Assembly: GCA_965237775.1 (NCBI GenBank)
Contig: OZ250155.1
Coordinates: forward strand, 2,718,682 to 2,782,681
Length of the DNA: 64,000 nt
Direction: 5' to 3'
Origin: Dehalococcoidia bacterium
GTDB taxonomy: Bacteria > Chloroflexota > Dehalococcoidia > Lucifugimonadales > UBA3495
Below the pieces are notes generated by a model that did no database searches, was not told the DNA's origin, and worked only from the letters and a program-made list of their open reading frames with translations. Made by a program: the position numbers and the translations under genes. Positions 39,135 through 48,602 of the stretch are shown in pieces; within the stretch, counting starts at the first letter, position 1, and each line of letters begins with the position of its first letter.

Positions 39135-39718
39135 TGAGACTCGTTGGCCAAGTATCCTGCCAGCTCAGCCGGATAGATTGGCGGCGCCCCGACCACCGGC
39201 TCCGGCTCGCACTCCTCTTCGCCGCTTTGGTCATGGCTGGAGCGGCGTACCTGCTCCGAAACCAAATCTCCCTCGTTCAAGCAGGCTATGGCGGGATAGC
39301 AATCGCCGCGTTGATCGCCAGCGCCGGGTTCGTCCTGCCAGTGCCGGCACAGTTAGCAGTCTGCGCCGGAGGCGTCTGGCTCAACCCAATTGTCGTGGGC
39401 GTGGTCGCCGGGGCCGCGGAAGCCGTGGGCGAACTCACGGGCTACTTCCTGGGTTACGCGGGACAGGGGGCGGTCAATCGAAGCCGTTGGTATCAGCGGG
39501 TAGAGCCCTGGATGCAAAAGCGGGGATGGCTACTGTTGCTCCTGGTATCCCTGGTCCCCAACCCAGTCTTCGATGTTGTTGGTCTGGCTGCCGGGGCAGT
39601 CCGGTATCCCGTCTGGAGGTTTCTAGCGGTGGTGCTGGTGGGCAAGACTCTGAAGTTTCTCACCGTGGCCCACGTGTGTGCCTATAGTATGGACTGGGCA
39701 ATAGACCTGCTGATATAG
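39134..39718 (+). CDS. YqaA/DedA-related (VTT-domain-like) small membrane protein
   Basis: The ATG overlaps the hydrolase TAA (TAATG). ...GELTGYFLGYAG...WLLLLLVSLVPNPVFDVVGLAAGAVRYPVWRFL..GKTLKF resembles YqaA-type proteins. The track ORF starts earlier (39032), inside the hydrolase gene. Confidence 0.55.
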   Translation: MRLVGQVSCQLSRIDWRRPDHRLRLALLFAALVMAGAAYLLRNQISLVQAGYGGIAIAALIASAGFVLPVPAQLAVCAGGVWLNPIVVGVVAGAAEAVGELTGYFLGYAGQGAVNRSRWYQRVEPWMQKRGWLLLLLVSLVPNPVFDVVGLAAGAVRYPVWRFLAVVLVGKTLKFLTVAHVCAYSMDWAIDLLI

Positions 39719-39908
39719 CAGGGCAATCGCACTTGGCCTGCAATAGCTCCGTCATTCCCGCCACCTCCGGTCATTCCCTCCGCCATTTTAATGTCCTATA
39801 GAGTCCCATAAGGTCTCAACAGCCAGTGATTCCTATCTGATATTTGAGACTAAGGCCTTGCGCTCGTCCAGTAAAGTCCTCTAAAATACCGCCACGTCCC
39901 GCTCATCT

Positions 39909-39930
39909 TGTGGGAATATATGTGGGAATA
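39909..39930 (+). promoter_or_regulatory. Two direct copies of TGTGGGAATA separated by TA, immediately upstream of the integrase RBS
   Basis: TGTGGGAATA-TA-TGTGGGAATA is followed by GGAGG and the ATG at 39942. It could be an arm-type or autoregulatory site; the function is not established. Confidence 0.3.
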
Positions 39931-39941
39931 GGAGGGGACGC

Positions 39942-41141
39942 ATGAGCAACCTCACCGCACTCTCGGCGAAGTCCCTCAGCAAACGTGGCAGGCATGGCGA
40001 CGGCGACGGTCTGTACCTGTACATCTCACGCTCAGGCGCCAAGTCCTGGGTGCAACGTATCGTAGTTGACGGACGGCGCCGGGACATAGGTTTGGGGCCG
40101 TATCCGGCCATCAGCCTTGGCAACGCCCGGTCCATCGCCCACGATAACCGCACCGCCGTTGCCGAGGGCCGGGACCCGGTCCTGGAGAAGCGGGAGGCTC
40201 GGGATACCACCCGCAGACCCGCTCCGTCCATTCCCACATTTGCCGAAGCCGCTTCCCACGTGATCGAGCTCCGCCGGCCCACCTGGAGCAACGCCAAGCA
40301 CGCGGCCCAGTGGACGAACACCCTGGCTACCTACGCCTATCCCGTGATCGGCACCAAGCACGTGGAAGAGGTCAACAGCGGCGATGTCCTGGCCGTCCTG
40401 ACACCGATATGGACCAGCAAGTCCGAGACCGCGGGCCGAGTCCGCCAGCGCATGGAGACCGTCTTCGACTGGGCCATCGCCCAGGGCTGGAGGCTGGACA
40501 ATCCCGCCGGCAGGTCCATCCTCAAGGTCCTCCCCAAGCTGCCCAAGGTGAAGAACCACCACCCGGCCCTGCCCTACGCGGAGGTGCCAGCGGCCTTGGA
40601 GCAGGTCCGGGAGTCCACCGCCCAACCGGTGACGAAGCTCTCCTTCGAGTTCCTGGTGCTGACCGCCGCCAGGTCCAGCGAGGTCCGGTTGGCGGAGTGG
40701 TGCGAGATCGACTGGCAGTCCAGGACCTGGACCGTTCCGGCGTCGCGGATGAAAGCGCGGAGGGAGCACCGGGTGCCACTGGTAGGTGGCGCTCTGGAAG
40801 TTCTGTCCGAGGCACGGGACCTGGATGGGGAGGCCAGCGGGCTGGTGTTTCCTGGCCGCTCAGGGAAGCCGCTGTCCAACATGGTCTACGTCACGCTGCT
40901 CCGGCGTCTCGGAATACCCGCGGTGGCCCACGGGTTCCGCAGCAGCTTCAAGGACTGGTGCATCGAATGCACAGACACTCCTTGGGTGGTGGGAGAGGCC
41001 GCGTTGGCCCACAACCTGGGAAATTCGACGGAAACAGCTTACGCCAGGAGCGACCTTTTTGAGAGGCGCCGTGGGTTGATGGCAGAGTGGGCTGATTTTC
41101 TGACTTCCAATGCACATGGAAGCGTCTCGAACAAGGCGTGA
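39942..41141 (+). CDS. Tyrosine recombinase, P4-type integrase (DUF4102 arm-binding N-domain)
   Basis: The N-terminus ...GDGLYLYISRSGAKSWVQRIVVDGRRRDIGLGPYPAISLGNAR is typical of DUF4102. The catalytic region carries HGFRSSFKDW and ...TAYARSDLFERRRGLMAEWADFL (HxxR and Tyr). Confidence 0.9.
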   Translation: MSNLTALSAKSLSKRGRHGDGDGLYLYISRSGAKSWVQRIVVDGRRRDIGLGPYPAISLGNARSIAHDNRTAVAEGRDPVLEKREARDTTRRPAPSIPTFAEAASHVIELRRPTWSNAKHAAQWTNTLATYAYPVIGTKHVEEVNSGDVLAVLTPIWTSKSETAGRVRQRMETVFDWAIAQGWRLDNPAGRSILKVLPKLPKVKNHHPALPYAEVPAALEQVRESTAQPVTKLSFEFLVLTAARSSEVRLAEWCEIDWQSRTWTVPASRMKARREHRVPLVGGALEVLSEARDLDGEASGLVFPGRSGKPLSNMVYVTLLRRLGIPAVAHGFRSSFKDWCIECTDTPWVVGEAALAHNLGNSTETAYARSDLFERRRGLMAEWADFLTSNAHGSVSNKA

Positions 41142-41553
41142 GCGAGCCCTGCGATGTGAGCGTTGGTGCTCGCTTGAGGAAGCCAACCACACACCTGTGG
41201 AATTGGCACAGCCGTCACGGTGGGAGAGTCAGAGACGTCCACTGGCCATGACGCAATTACCCGGGCTGGGAGGATCGTTGAGCAATAGCGGGTGGACCAA
41301 TTCAGGTCTGCTATTAGCGTAGTCCTGGTGTGGTCAGAGTCGCTGATAACGCCGTGGCTGGTGGTCTTGAAACCGCGCCACGGGAGCCTTGCGGTGCTCC
41401 TTACGAACCTCTCATAGCCGGATTCGCAACTGGTGATAGCAAGGAACACCGGGCAGTCAATCGACGACCTTCTGTGCACATTTGTGAAATGTTGGCTTCT
41501 CAAGACCTTCCGGAAGGACACCCACTGGCTTCTATCCTGATAAGACCGAGGTC

Positions 41554-41580
41554 TATGGTTCGAGTCCATCCAGGCCCACC
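41554..41580 (+). other. tRNA (or tmRNA) 3'-end-like fragment: T-arm plus acceptor strand, no 5' half
   Basis: TATGG-TTCGAGT-CCATC is a T-arm with one stem mismatch. It is followed by CAGGCCC-A-CC. No matching GGGCCTG acceptor strand or anticodon arm could be folded upstream. Confidence 0.45.
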
Positions 41581-41616
41581 TAGCTGGACAAAATCAAGAA
41601 CCTTTTTGTTGAGGTT
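41576..41616 (+). repeat. Direct repeat copy 1 (att-like), abutting the tRNA-like fragment
   Basis: CCACCTAGCTGGACAAAATCAAGAACCTTTTTGTTGAGGTT matches copy 2 at 37 of 41 positions. Confidence 0.85.
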
Positions 41617-41800
41617 CAAGCTAGTGGTCTAATTGACCATTAGCCCGGCGCCATCCGAAGGATGAAGTTAGTGGACCCCTGCTGACACAGCGGGGGCTTC
41701 TGCTTTGAGAGGCTCGGTACCCGCGCGGCCTTTCAAGAGGCTGCCTGCGCTGGCAACATTCCGCCTGACAGCCACTATCGTCCGCTCCAAACGCCAATGA

Positions 41801-42076
41801 CGGACTGTCCGACCAATCCCACCAATTGTAACAGTCAAGGGACGCATGGAGTTGGACTTCAGCCGTCCTGGCAAGCCGACTGACAATGCATTAATCTAGG
41901 CTTTCAACGGGCGGTTCCGTCAGGAATGTTTGAACGAGAACTGGTTCCTGTCCTTGGCCGGTGCCGAGGAGAAGGTGGAGTCCTGGCGAATACATTACAA
42001 TGGCGAAAGGCCCCACGGTGCGTTGGGGAACCTGTCCCCCAGGGAATTCGCCGTACTGGCGGAAATAGGAGATTGA
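41801..42076 (+). pseudogene. IS3-family transposase (OrfB, rve domain) C-terminal remnant with an in-frame stop
   Basis: Frame 2 reads ...[67 protein letters not shown]. The stop is TAG at 41897-41899. The N-terminal two thirds of the transposase are missing. Confidence 0.75.
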
Positions 42077-42574
42077 CCCGCAAAACTCTCACTATTACTG
42101 GCACAGGAAATGGGGCAAGACCAATGACCCTCGAGACTCGCCCTAAGCTTGGAACAGAAGATGGGGCAAGACTAGGGGATGAGCGATTCCCCTTATGGTG
42201 GCTCGATGACCGTCGCCCATTTGATGATTCCTGGGGAGCAAGCTCCAGTACTGGCGGTTCCGACGGATAGTTTTACGAATCCCAGGTCATATCTCATACG
42301 GAAATCGTCGAAAGTTACCGTGGGAGAGGAGCAGACGGAGACCAGGACGAAACAAGAGAGGTCAGCAGCTCTTCGAGTTGCCCTGAGCGAATTTGACCTG
42401 AGCCGAAATACGACGGGGCCCGGAGAGATGGGAGCCCCATCCACGGCTTAACCGCCGTGCTCAAGTGAGCGTCATTTCGGTAGTATAATAGGAAGCCATT
42501 ACTCTTGCCTGATAGAGCATTTATCCCCTTGTCGGCCGCAGGTAACAAGGCGTGCCGAGAGGTACTGGTCGATT

Positions 42575-45500
42575 ATGACACTTAGCAACCAGAGATTAGC
42601 TGTTGGATCCCTCGTCTTATGGTCGGGAGCGAAAACCTATGGCGTGGTCACGAGCCTTGCAGACAGAATGATCAATGTCCGATGGGACTCGTCCGGTCCG
42701 CCCACCCAGTTCTCGATTACCGATCCGCCATTGTCGCGGGTCGACCTGACCGGGCAACGTGTTCGCTTAATTTCGACGGGCGAAAATGCGGCTGTATTGG
42801 ATTCCACCCCGTCAGATACGCCAGCTTGGAGATGCTTTGTAGCAACTGCGGGCGGAAAAACTGTCAACGTTCCGGAAGCAGATCTGAGACCTTTGGCAGT
42901 TACCGACCCAATTGGACGATTTAAGGCTAACCTAATCGGCTCCCTTCAACAGTACCGGCTTCAGGAAGTAACGAGATGGTATCGGATCTTGCATCTCTAT
43001 GATGAGCTCGTGTCACTGGGACAGATTGGGGTGGATATAAAGCCTCACCAGGTTTCCGTTGTTCACAAGGTCGTCTCCAACTACCCGCACCGGTTCTTGT
43101 TATGTGACGAAGTAGGTTTGGGCAAGACAATTGAAGCTGGGATGGTGTTGAAGGAGCTCCGGGCCAGAGGAGGTGCCCAGCGGGTATTGGCCATTGTGCC
43201 TCCTAACTTAGTCGGACAATGGCACTTCGAGATGAAGACTAAATTCAATGAGAGTTTCTCGGTACTCAACACCGACACTGTTCGGTTTCTGCAAACCCAG
43301 GGTCAAGTCGAAAACCCATTTACTTTTTCAGACAGCGTATTGTGCTCCTCATCGTGGGTCGCCAACCCTACGTGGGCAGAATTGTGCTCTAGGGTCAATT
43401 GGGACCTAGTTATTTTAGATGAGGCTCACCATGCTAGAAGTCACCGTTCTGGCAACCGAGTAAATACTACACGCCTCTACCGCCTAGTCAGCAAGCTGGC
43501 AGAGCCGGAGCGCTTCGCCCAGCGCGGTATGCTATTTCTTACCGCAACTCCTATGCAGTTGGACACCCACGAACTCTATTCTCTTGTTGAACTCCTCGAC
43601 CCCGCTCTCTTTCCATCAGAAGACCATTTTGAACGACACCGTCGAGCCGTGCCCGGACTCTCTCGCCTTGTCGAACGGTTAAGTAGCCATGGGTTTCCGT
43701 TACCTGACGAAGAACCCGGTGAAACCATCCAACAGGTCGCCGAATGGCTCGGGTTGGATGTAAGCGTGGCCGGCCAGCGTCTCGCTTCAGGGACAGAAGA
43801 ACGAGAGTTGCTCACAGCGGAACTGGCCGATCGCCATCTTTTGAGCGAAGTATTGATCAGAAATCGAAAGGCGGAAGTGGGCGGCTTTATGCCCCGGATA
43901 GCAAGTCGATGGAAGGTTGAGTTAACACCCGAGGAGAGTGCAGCCCTCGAAGCTGTTGAAGATTACGTCCAGTACGGATTCCAACTCGCCGAAGGGACTA
44001 ACGACGCTCCTACTGGATTTGTAATGGTGACTTTTCAGAAACTCATGGCATCCAGTATTGCAGCAATCCGGAAGTCGCTAGGCAGACGTCTGGAGAGGAT
44101 ACTAGCCAAAAATCCTCAAGCCTCCGTGAGTGGATATGAGCTAGAGGAGCGGTTATTGAACGATGAAGAGGCAAGCGACATTGTAGGAGGTATCGGTTCC
44201 GCGCGTGACTTGGTTGACGCGGAACTATCGCTGCTTGAAAGGGCCATAGAATCACTCGACCTAGTAAAAAGCGACTCCAAGGCGGACGTGTTAGAAAAAC
44301 AGCTTTCGATACTGTTCAACGAATCTCCAAGCGAAAAGGTGCTCATTTTTACACAGTTTAGGGAAACCCAGCAACACCTTGGAGATGCTCTCACCGAGAG
44401 AGGCTGGGGCGTAAATCTCTTTCATGGTCAAATGAAACCCGTGGAGAAGGACCGTGCGGTGGAGCGGTTTAGGAACGAAGTTGGTCCCCAAATTCTCATT
44501 TGCACCGAGGCAGGTGGGGAGGGAAGAAATTTCCAGTTTTGTCATGTCCTCGTTAATTACGACCTTCCATGGAATCCAATGAAGGTTGAGCAGCGAATTG
44601 GGAGGGTGGATCGAATCGGTCAGGATCAAGCAGTGAGCATTTTTAACTTGTGGGTGAAGGACACCGTCGAGGAGAGAGTCCTTGATGTGTTAGAGAAGCG
44701 AATCCGAGTATTCGAGGAAACTGTAGGCGGCCTTGACCCCATATTGGGAGACACTGAAAACGACATCGTCAAGATCATGAAAATCGCCGGGGAGAGACGA
44801 GTGGAGGCGCTCGAGGAATTTGGAAAACAATTAGAGGAGCAAGTCCGACACGCAAGGGACGCAGAGGCAAAATTAGGCGACTTCATTATGGATACGAAAT
44901 CATATCGAAGAGAACTCGCGGAGCGTATCGCTGGGCAGCCTTCACCAATAAAGAACTACGACCTTGATACCTTTATTGGCAAATTGCTTTCGGATGCACG
45001 GACATATATACGGCGAACCGGTCCCATTTATGAGCTGACCTTCCAAGGCGAAATACTAGACGTCCATAAGGAGCTGTTCGTCGGAGGAACCAAACGCAAG
45101 GCGGTATTTCGCGCAGATCGCCGCGCCGATTCTGAAGATGTGGAGTTCATGGCGTTTGGCCATCCAATAGTAGATGGAATGGTAGCGCAGGTGCTTGCGG
45201 AGGAATACGAAGGTGTAACAGGGACGCGCCGCGTCCCCGCAAGTGATGACCTTGCTCCGTGCACCGGATGGCTCTTCACTTACCAGTTCAATGTGCCAGG
45301 TGTACGTACGACGGAGTACCTTGAACCGGTGTTCGTGAGCGACGATGGGATAGTCGACCTGAACATTGGGCACAGACTAGTGAAGCATGCTTTCCACTTC
45401 GACGATGACGAAAGGGAGATAGATACCGCGGCGATACCTGACAATCTTGATGATCTAGAACCACTGGCAAACCGGATTGCCGACGAAAAGAGGGAAGAAC

Positions 45501-45967
45501 TTCAAGGGAACGCCGAAGACCAGGCTGCCTCAAGGGTCGGAAGGGAGGTCTCAAGATTAGATGAGTGGTTCGACTACAGAGAGCGGGTTGCCAGGGACAA
45601 AGTAGAATCTACCCGGGCAATTTTGGAAAGCATCCGTGAAAGTGGCGACGAATCACAGCGACAAATTCTGCCCGCCTGGGAGGCCAACCTTAGACGGGAC
45701 GAAGAGTTACTCGAAAATCTGGCCCCCGAGCGCAGCCGTCGGATGGCAGACGTACAAAAACACCGCTACCCGCAAGTAGCTTGGGCCTTGAAGTCGCTCG
45801 GGCGTATCGAGGTCGTCGATGCCGCGCCTATTGATGGACCAGATGAGGGTTTGGAACTCCGTGAGGAGTTTTCCGCAGAATTGCAGGCATCATTGGAAGC
45901 CATCGAACAAGGTGTCGCAACTCACTCTGTCGAAAAGGTGGCCCAGAGGCTGGGTCTGTCTTGGTAA
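42575..45967 (+). CDS. SNF2-family (RapA/HepA-like) helicase with long C-terminal extension ending in an antitoxin-like tail
   Basis: Helicase motifs are present: LLCDEVGLGKTIEAG (I), LDEAHHAR (II), LTATPMQ (III) and QRIGRVDRIGQ (VI). An N-terminal ~130 aa beta-rich region precedes them. The last ~40 aa, LREEFSAELQASLEAIEQGVATHSVEKVAQRLGLSW, resemble the C-terminal segment of small RelE/ParE-partner antitoxins. Confidence 0.9.
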   Translation: MTLSNQRLAVGSLVLWSGAKTYGVVTSLADRMINVRWDSSGPPTQFSITDPPLSRVDLTGQRVRLISTGENAAVLDSTPSDTPAWRCFVATAGGKTVNVPEADLRPLAVTDPIGRFKANLIGSLQQYRLQEVTRWYRILHLYDELVSLGQIGVDIKPHQVSVVHKVVSNYPHRFLLCDEVGLGKTIEAGMVLKELRARGGAQRVLAIVPPNLVGQWHFEMKTKFNESFSVLNTDTVRFLQTQGQVENPFTFSDSVLCSSSWVANPTWAELCSRVNWDLVILDEAHHARSHRSGNRVNTTRLYRLVSKLAEPERFAQRGMLFLTATPMQLDTHELYSLVELLDPALFPSEDHFERHRRAVPGLSRLVERLSSHGFPLPDEEPGETIQQVAEWLGLDVSVAGQRLASGTEERELLTAELADRHLLSEVLIRNRKAEVGGFMPRIASRWKVELTPEESAALEAVEDYVQYGFQLAEGTNDAPTGFVMVTFQKLMASSIAAIRKSLGRRLERILAKNPQASVSGYELEERLLNDEEASDIVGGIGSARDLVDAELSLLERAIESLDLVKSDSKADVLEKQLSILFNESPSEKVLIFTQFRETQQHLGDALTERGWGVNLFHGQMKPVEKDRAVERFRNEVGPQILICTEAGGEGRNFQFCHVLVNYDLPWNPMKVEQRIGRVDRIGQDQAVSIFNLWVKDTVEERVLDVLEKRIRVFEETVGGLDPILGDTENDIVKIMKIAGERRVEALEEFGKQLEEQVRHARDAEAKLGDFIMDTKSYRRELAERIAGQPSPIKNYDLDTFIGKLLSDARTYIRRTGPIYELTFQGEILDVHKELFVGGTKRKAVFRADRRADSEDVEFMAFGHPIVDGMVAQVLAEEYEGVTGTRRVPASDDLAPCTGWLFTYQFNVPGVRTTEYLEPVFVSDDGIVDLNIGHRLVKHAFHFDDDEREIDTAAIPDNLDDLEPLANRIADEKREELQGNAEDQAASRVGREVSRLDEWFDYRERVARDKVESTRAILESIRESGDESQRQILPAWEANLRRDEELLENLAPERSRRMADVQKHRYPQVAWALKSLGRIEVVDAAPIDGPDEGLELREEFSAELQASLEAIEQGVATHSVEKVAQRLGLSW

Positions 45968-46230
45968 CATACCGGGTCGAGTTCGAGGATACAGCAGAAA
46001 AAGACCTCGCTCGATTGGACAATACAGTGGCCCAACAGGTCCTCGATAAGCTGGGTTGGTTGTCTGACAACGCCGGTGCGGTGCGGCACAAGGTGCTGAA
46101 ACACCAATGGACAGGCGTTTTCACTTTACATGTTGGCAATTATCGGGCTCTATATAACCTTTGCCGCGAAGAACGCCTAATTGTGATCCTTTTCGTCAAG
46201 CATCGAAGAGAAGTTTACGATACGGGCTAG
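45961..46230 (+). CDS. RelE/ParE-family type II toxin
   Basis: 89 aa reading VTYRVEFEDTAEKDLARLDNTVAQQVLDKL....LHVGNYRALYNLCREERLIVILFVKHRREVY, the RelE/ParE pattern. It has a TTG start that overlaps the helicase stop by 7 nt. Confidence 0.8.
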   Translation: MVTYRVEFEDTAEKDLARLDNTVAQQVLDKLGWLSDNAGAVRHKVLKHQWTGVFTLHVGNYRALYNLCREERLIVILFVKHRREVYDTG

Positions 46231-46241
46231 CCTTTTGATTT

Positions 46242-46266
46242 CCGGTAACCAGCGACCGGTTGTTTC
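46242..46266 (+). terminator. Possible terminator after the toxin gene
   Basis: CCGGT-aaccagcg-ACCGG followed by TTGTTTC. The stem is short and the T-tract weak. Confidence 0.3.
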
Positions 46267-46303
46267 ATTGGGGTAGACACCAGGAAGTTGCGCCACACGT
46301 AGT

Positions 46304-46344
46304 CCACCTAACTGGACAAAATCAAGAACCTTCATGTTGCGGTT
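46304..46344 (+). repeat. Direct repeat copy 2 (att-like)
   Basis: CCACCTAACTGGACAAAATCAAGAACCTTCATGTTGCGGTT matches copy 1 at 37 of 41 positions. Confidence 0.85.
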
Positions 46345-46562
46345 TACTCTTCAGGTATAACTTAACTGTGTTCTTTAGGCCGTAAGCTTTCGGCTAAAGG
46401 GCGTCGGGGCGCCAAGAATCGCGCGGTACGGGGCCACGACCTCTCAGGTCGTGGCCTTAGTTAGTGTCCATTCCGTACGCGGACCAGCCAACTCCAGTCA
46501 AGCGGCAAGGTAAGAAACTGGCTTCCTCTCGGCAAGAGCCCTTTTCCCCTCAGACAGCCTAG

Positions 46563-47776
46563 GGAAACTCTGAACAAGGTTGGCGGGGGCTTTTCTGGTG
46601 ATTATTGGGGGAGTTTCCTGGAAATACTCCGGCTTCCGGGGCCGTTTTCCCGAATGTTCCGCACTCCCATTTCGTTTCAGCGGGGGCGTTGCGGGCTTTG
46701 ACCGGCCCTGCCGCTGGCCCCCGGCCGGATTTGGGCCCACTGTGCCCACGTCACCCGGTCAGTTGGCCTTCCGCCGCCAGCAGGTTGCCCAAGCCAAAAA
46801 GCAGCGCCAGACGCTCCGTGTTCTTCGCCAGTCCCCGGTAACGCACCTTGGCGTAGCCGAACACCCGCTTCACTTTCAGGAACGGGTGCTCCACCTTGGC
46901 CCGCACCGATGCCTTGCGCCTCTCCGCCAACGCTTCTGCACTCTCAGGGTCAAGTTTCCGTCGTTTCCCCGGACGCATCGCCACCTGCCATTCCACCTCA
47001 CGCCCCAAGTTCTCATCCCTCTTGTGGACTCCTTGGTACCCAGCGTCGCACCACACCTGCGTCTCCCCGCCGTGCAGCAGACCGTGCGCCTCCGTCACGT
47101 CGTGCGCATTGGCCGCAGTGGTGCTCAGGCTGTGCACTATCCCGGTTTCGGAATCCACGCCGATGTGCGCCTTCATCCCGAAATGCCACTGATTCCCCTT
47201 CTTCGTCTGATGCATCTCCGGGTCCCGCTCCCCAGCCCGATTCTTGGTCGAGGACGGAGCCTCGATGATGCTGGCGTCCACAATGGTTCCCTCCCGCAGC
47301 CGCAGTCCCTGCGACTCCAGATGGGCGTTGATCTCCTCCAACAGTCTCTTGCCCAGTTGGTGCCGCTCCAGGAGATGGCGGAAGTTTAGGATGGTGGTCT
47401 CGTCCGGCAGCGCCTCCGCCAGGCTCAGGCCCACGAACCGCCTGACCGATTCGGCCTCGTAGAGCAAATCCTCCATGCCGGGGTCGCTCAAGTTGTAGAA
47501 CAGCTGCACGCAGTGAATCCGCAGCATCACCGGCAGCGGATAGGGCCGGCGACCCTTGCCCGGCTTGGCATAAACCGGCCGGATACGCTGCTCCAGCCTC
47601 TGCCAAGGAATTAGGCCGTCCATGCGTTGCAGGAACAGCTCGCGGCGGGTCTTGCGTTTCTTGCCTTGGTATTCCAGGTCGGCAAAAGTCGGCTGGTCCA
47701 TCAATTCTCACTCCGTCCGGCACCGGCTGGTCCAGCAATACTATGCCACAAGCAGACGGGCTTGTTCAGAGTTTCC
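46563..47776 (-). mobile_element. Intact IS5-family insertion sequence (IS5 group) with 16-bp terminal inverted repeats and a CTAG target duplication
   Basis: IR GGAAACTCTGAACAAG lies at 46563-46578, and its exact reverse complement at 47761-47776. CTAG flanks both ends (46559-46562 and 47777-47780), matching the YTAR 4-bp duplication known for IS5. There is a single transposase ORF inside. Confidence 0.85.
46751..47704 (-). CDS. IS5-family DDE transposase
   Basis: The N-terminus reads MMDQPTFADLEYQGKKRKTRRELFLQRMDGLIPWQ...GRRPYPLPVMLRIHCVQLFYNLSDPGMEDLLYE. It closely parallels the IS5 transposase pattern. Confidence 0.9.
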   Translation of the reverse strand: MMDQPTFADLEYQGKKRKTRRELFLQRMDGLIPWQRLEQRIRPVYAKPGKGRRPYPLPVMLRIHCVQLFYNLSDPGMEDLLYEAESVRRFVGLSLAEALPDETTILNFRHLLERHQLGKRLLEEINAHLESQGLRLREGTIVDASIIEAPSSTKNRAGERDPEMHQTKKGNQWHFGMKAHIGVDSETGIVHSLSTTAANAHDVTEAHGLLHGGETQVWCDAGYQGVHKRDENLGREVEWQVAMRPGKRRKLDPESAEALAERRKASVRAKVEHPFLKVKRVFGYAKVRYRGLAKNTERLALLFGLGNLLAAEGQLTG

Positions 47777-47932
47777 CTAGGTTGTCGTTGGTCTCGCGGA
47801 GCAATACATGGGACCTTCCGTCAGTAGGATACTCTAGTTTTCGGCATTAAGGTCCGATAATGATCAAGGCGTCTGGAGCCACCAATTCCACTGCACCTCA
47901 ACACTCACGAGAAGCCCGGCATATAATCAAAC

Positions 47933-48580
47933 ATGTGGCGCAAAGGTCTGCGCTTTGCCAACTACGAAAATGAGAGAAAGGCCATGCCCGCTCCACTAAA
48001 CAAAGAGCATGAAACTGTTACATGCCGGGGAGTGATCTGCAAACTACTTCCGAGCGTGTTCTATCACCTCGCTGATCCGAACAGCAGTCTCCTTTGGAAT
48101 GCGCGGCTATCTGAAGGCTTGGTGCCCTCTGTTTCCCTCACCGCAACCGCTGAAGGACTTGAGAACGTTACCACGTTGTACCATGTTGGGAGTGCGCAGG
48201 ACCCCAAAGAACTAGTCTGGGAAGAAATCCGGCAGGTAGAATTCCCATGTCGGCCTTCAAGGCGGAAAGCCCTCTTCCTGTTCGACGAGTTAAATGCGGC
48301 TCGCTTGGCGCAAGAGGTGTGGTTTCCGAACGAAACGCGGTATCTTCTGGAATCGCGTGTTGTTTTGCCTTCGCTAGTTCACACAGCAGACACTAGGTGG
48401 CTAGATACTTACGAACATCAATGGGAATCTGCGGCCCGGAATTACTGGTCCGGGGTAATGACCGACAACCCCTTCGCGGAAGTGGTAGTGCACGGAATGG
48501 CGTACTTCCCCGGTTGGAGAGAACCGCCCTTTGGGATTCTAGGTGGGATCGAGGTCAACCCCAGTGAACGGAACGAATGA
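47933..48580 (+). CDS. Hypothetical protein (no family recognised)
   Basis: 215-aa ORF in the lower-GC island, with an alternative start at 47984 (MPAPLNKEH). It converges on the next gene. Coding status is inferred only from length and composition. Confidence 0.4.
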   Translation: MWRKGLRFANYENERKAMPAPLNKEHETVTCRGVICKLLPSVFYHLADPNSSLLWNARLSEGLVPSVSLTATAEGLENVTTLYHVGSAQDPKELVWEEIRQVEFPCRPSRRKALFLFDELNAARLAQEVWFPNETRYLLESRVVLPSLVHTADTRWLDTYEHQWESAARNYWSGVMTDNPFAEVVVHGMAYFPGWREPPFGILGGIEVNPSERNE

Positions 48581-48602
48581 GGTTTTCCGGGGCGACACGT
48601 GG

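Noticed and set aside
38971-39687. 238-aa ORF overlapping the end of the hydrolase gene and the whole YqaA-like gene in another frame.
   Set aside because: The translation is Arg/Pro-rich and featureless, whereas the alternative frame gives a coherent multi-pass membrane protein with a TAATG-coupled start.
41039-41569. 176-aa minus-strand ORF beginning MDSNHRP.
   Set aside because: MDSNHRP is simply the reverse-strand translation of the tRNA T-arm (GGTTCGAGTCCAT). The rest has no coding character and overlaps the integrase 3' end.
42179-42451. 90-aa ORF between the IS3 remnant and the SNF2 helicase, considered as a possible missing antitoxin or regulator.
   Set aside because: It has no recognisable fold signature (no HTH or RHH pattern), lies >120 nt from the helicase start, and is not adjacent to the toxin gene. 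Coding status is unsupported.
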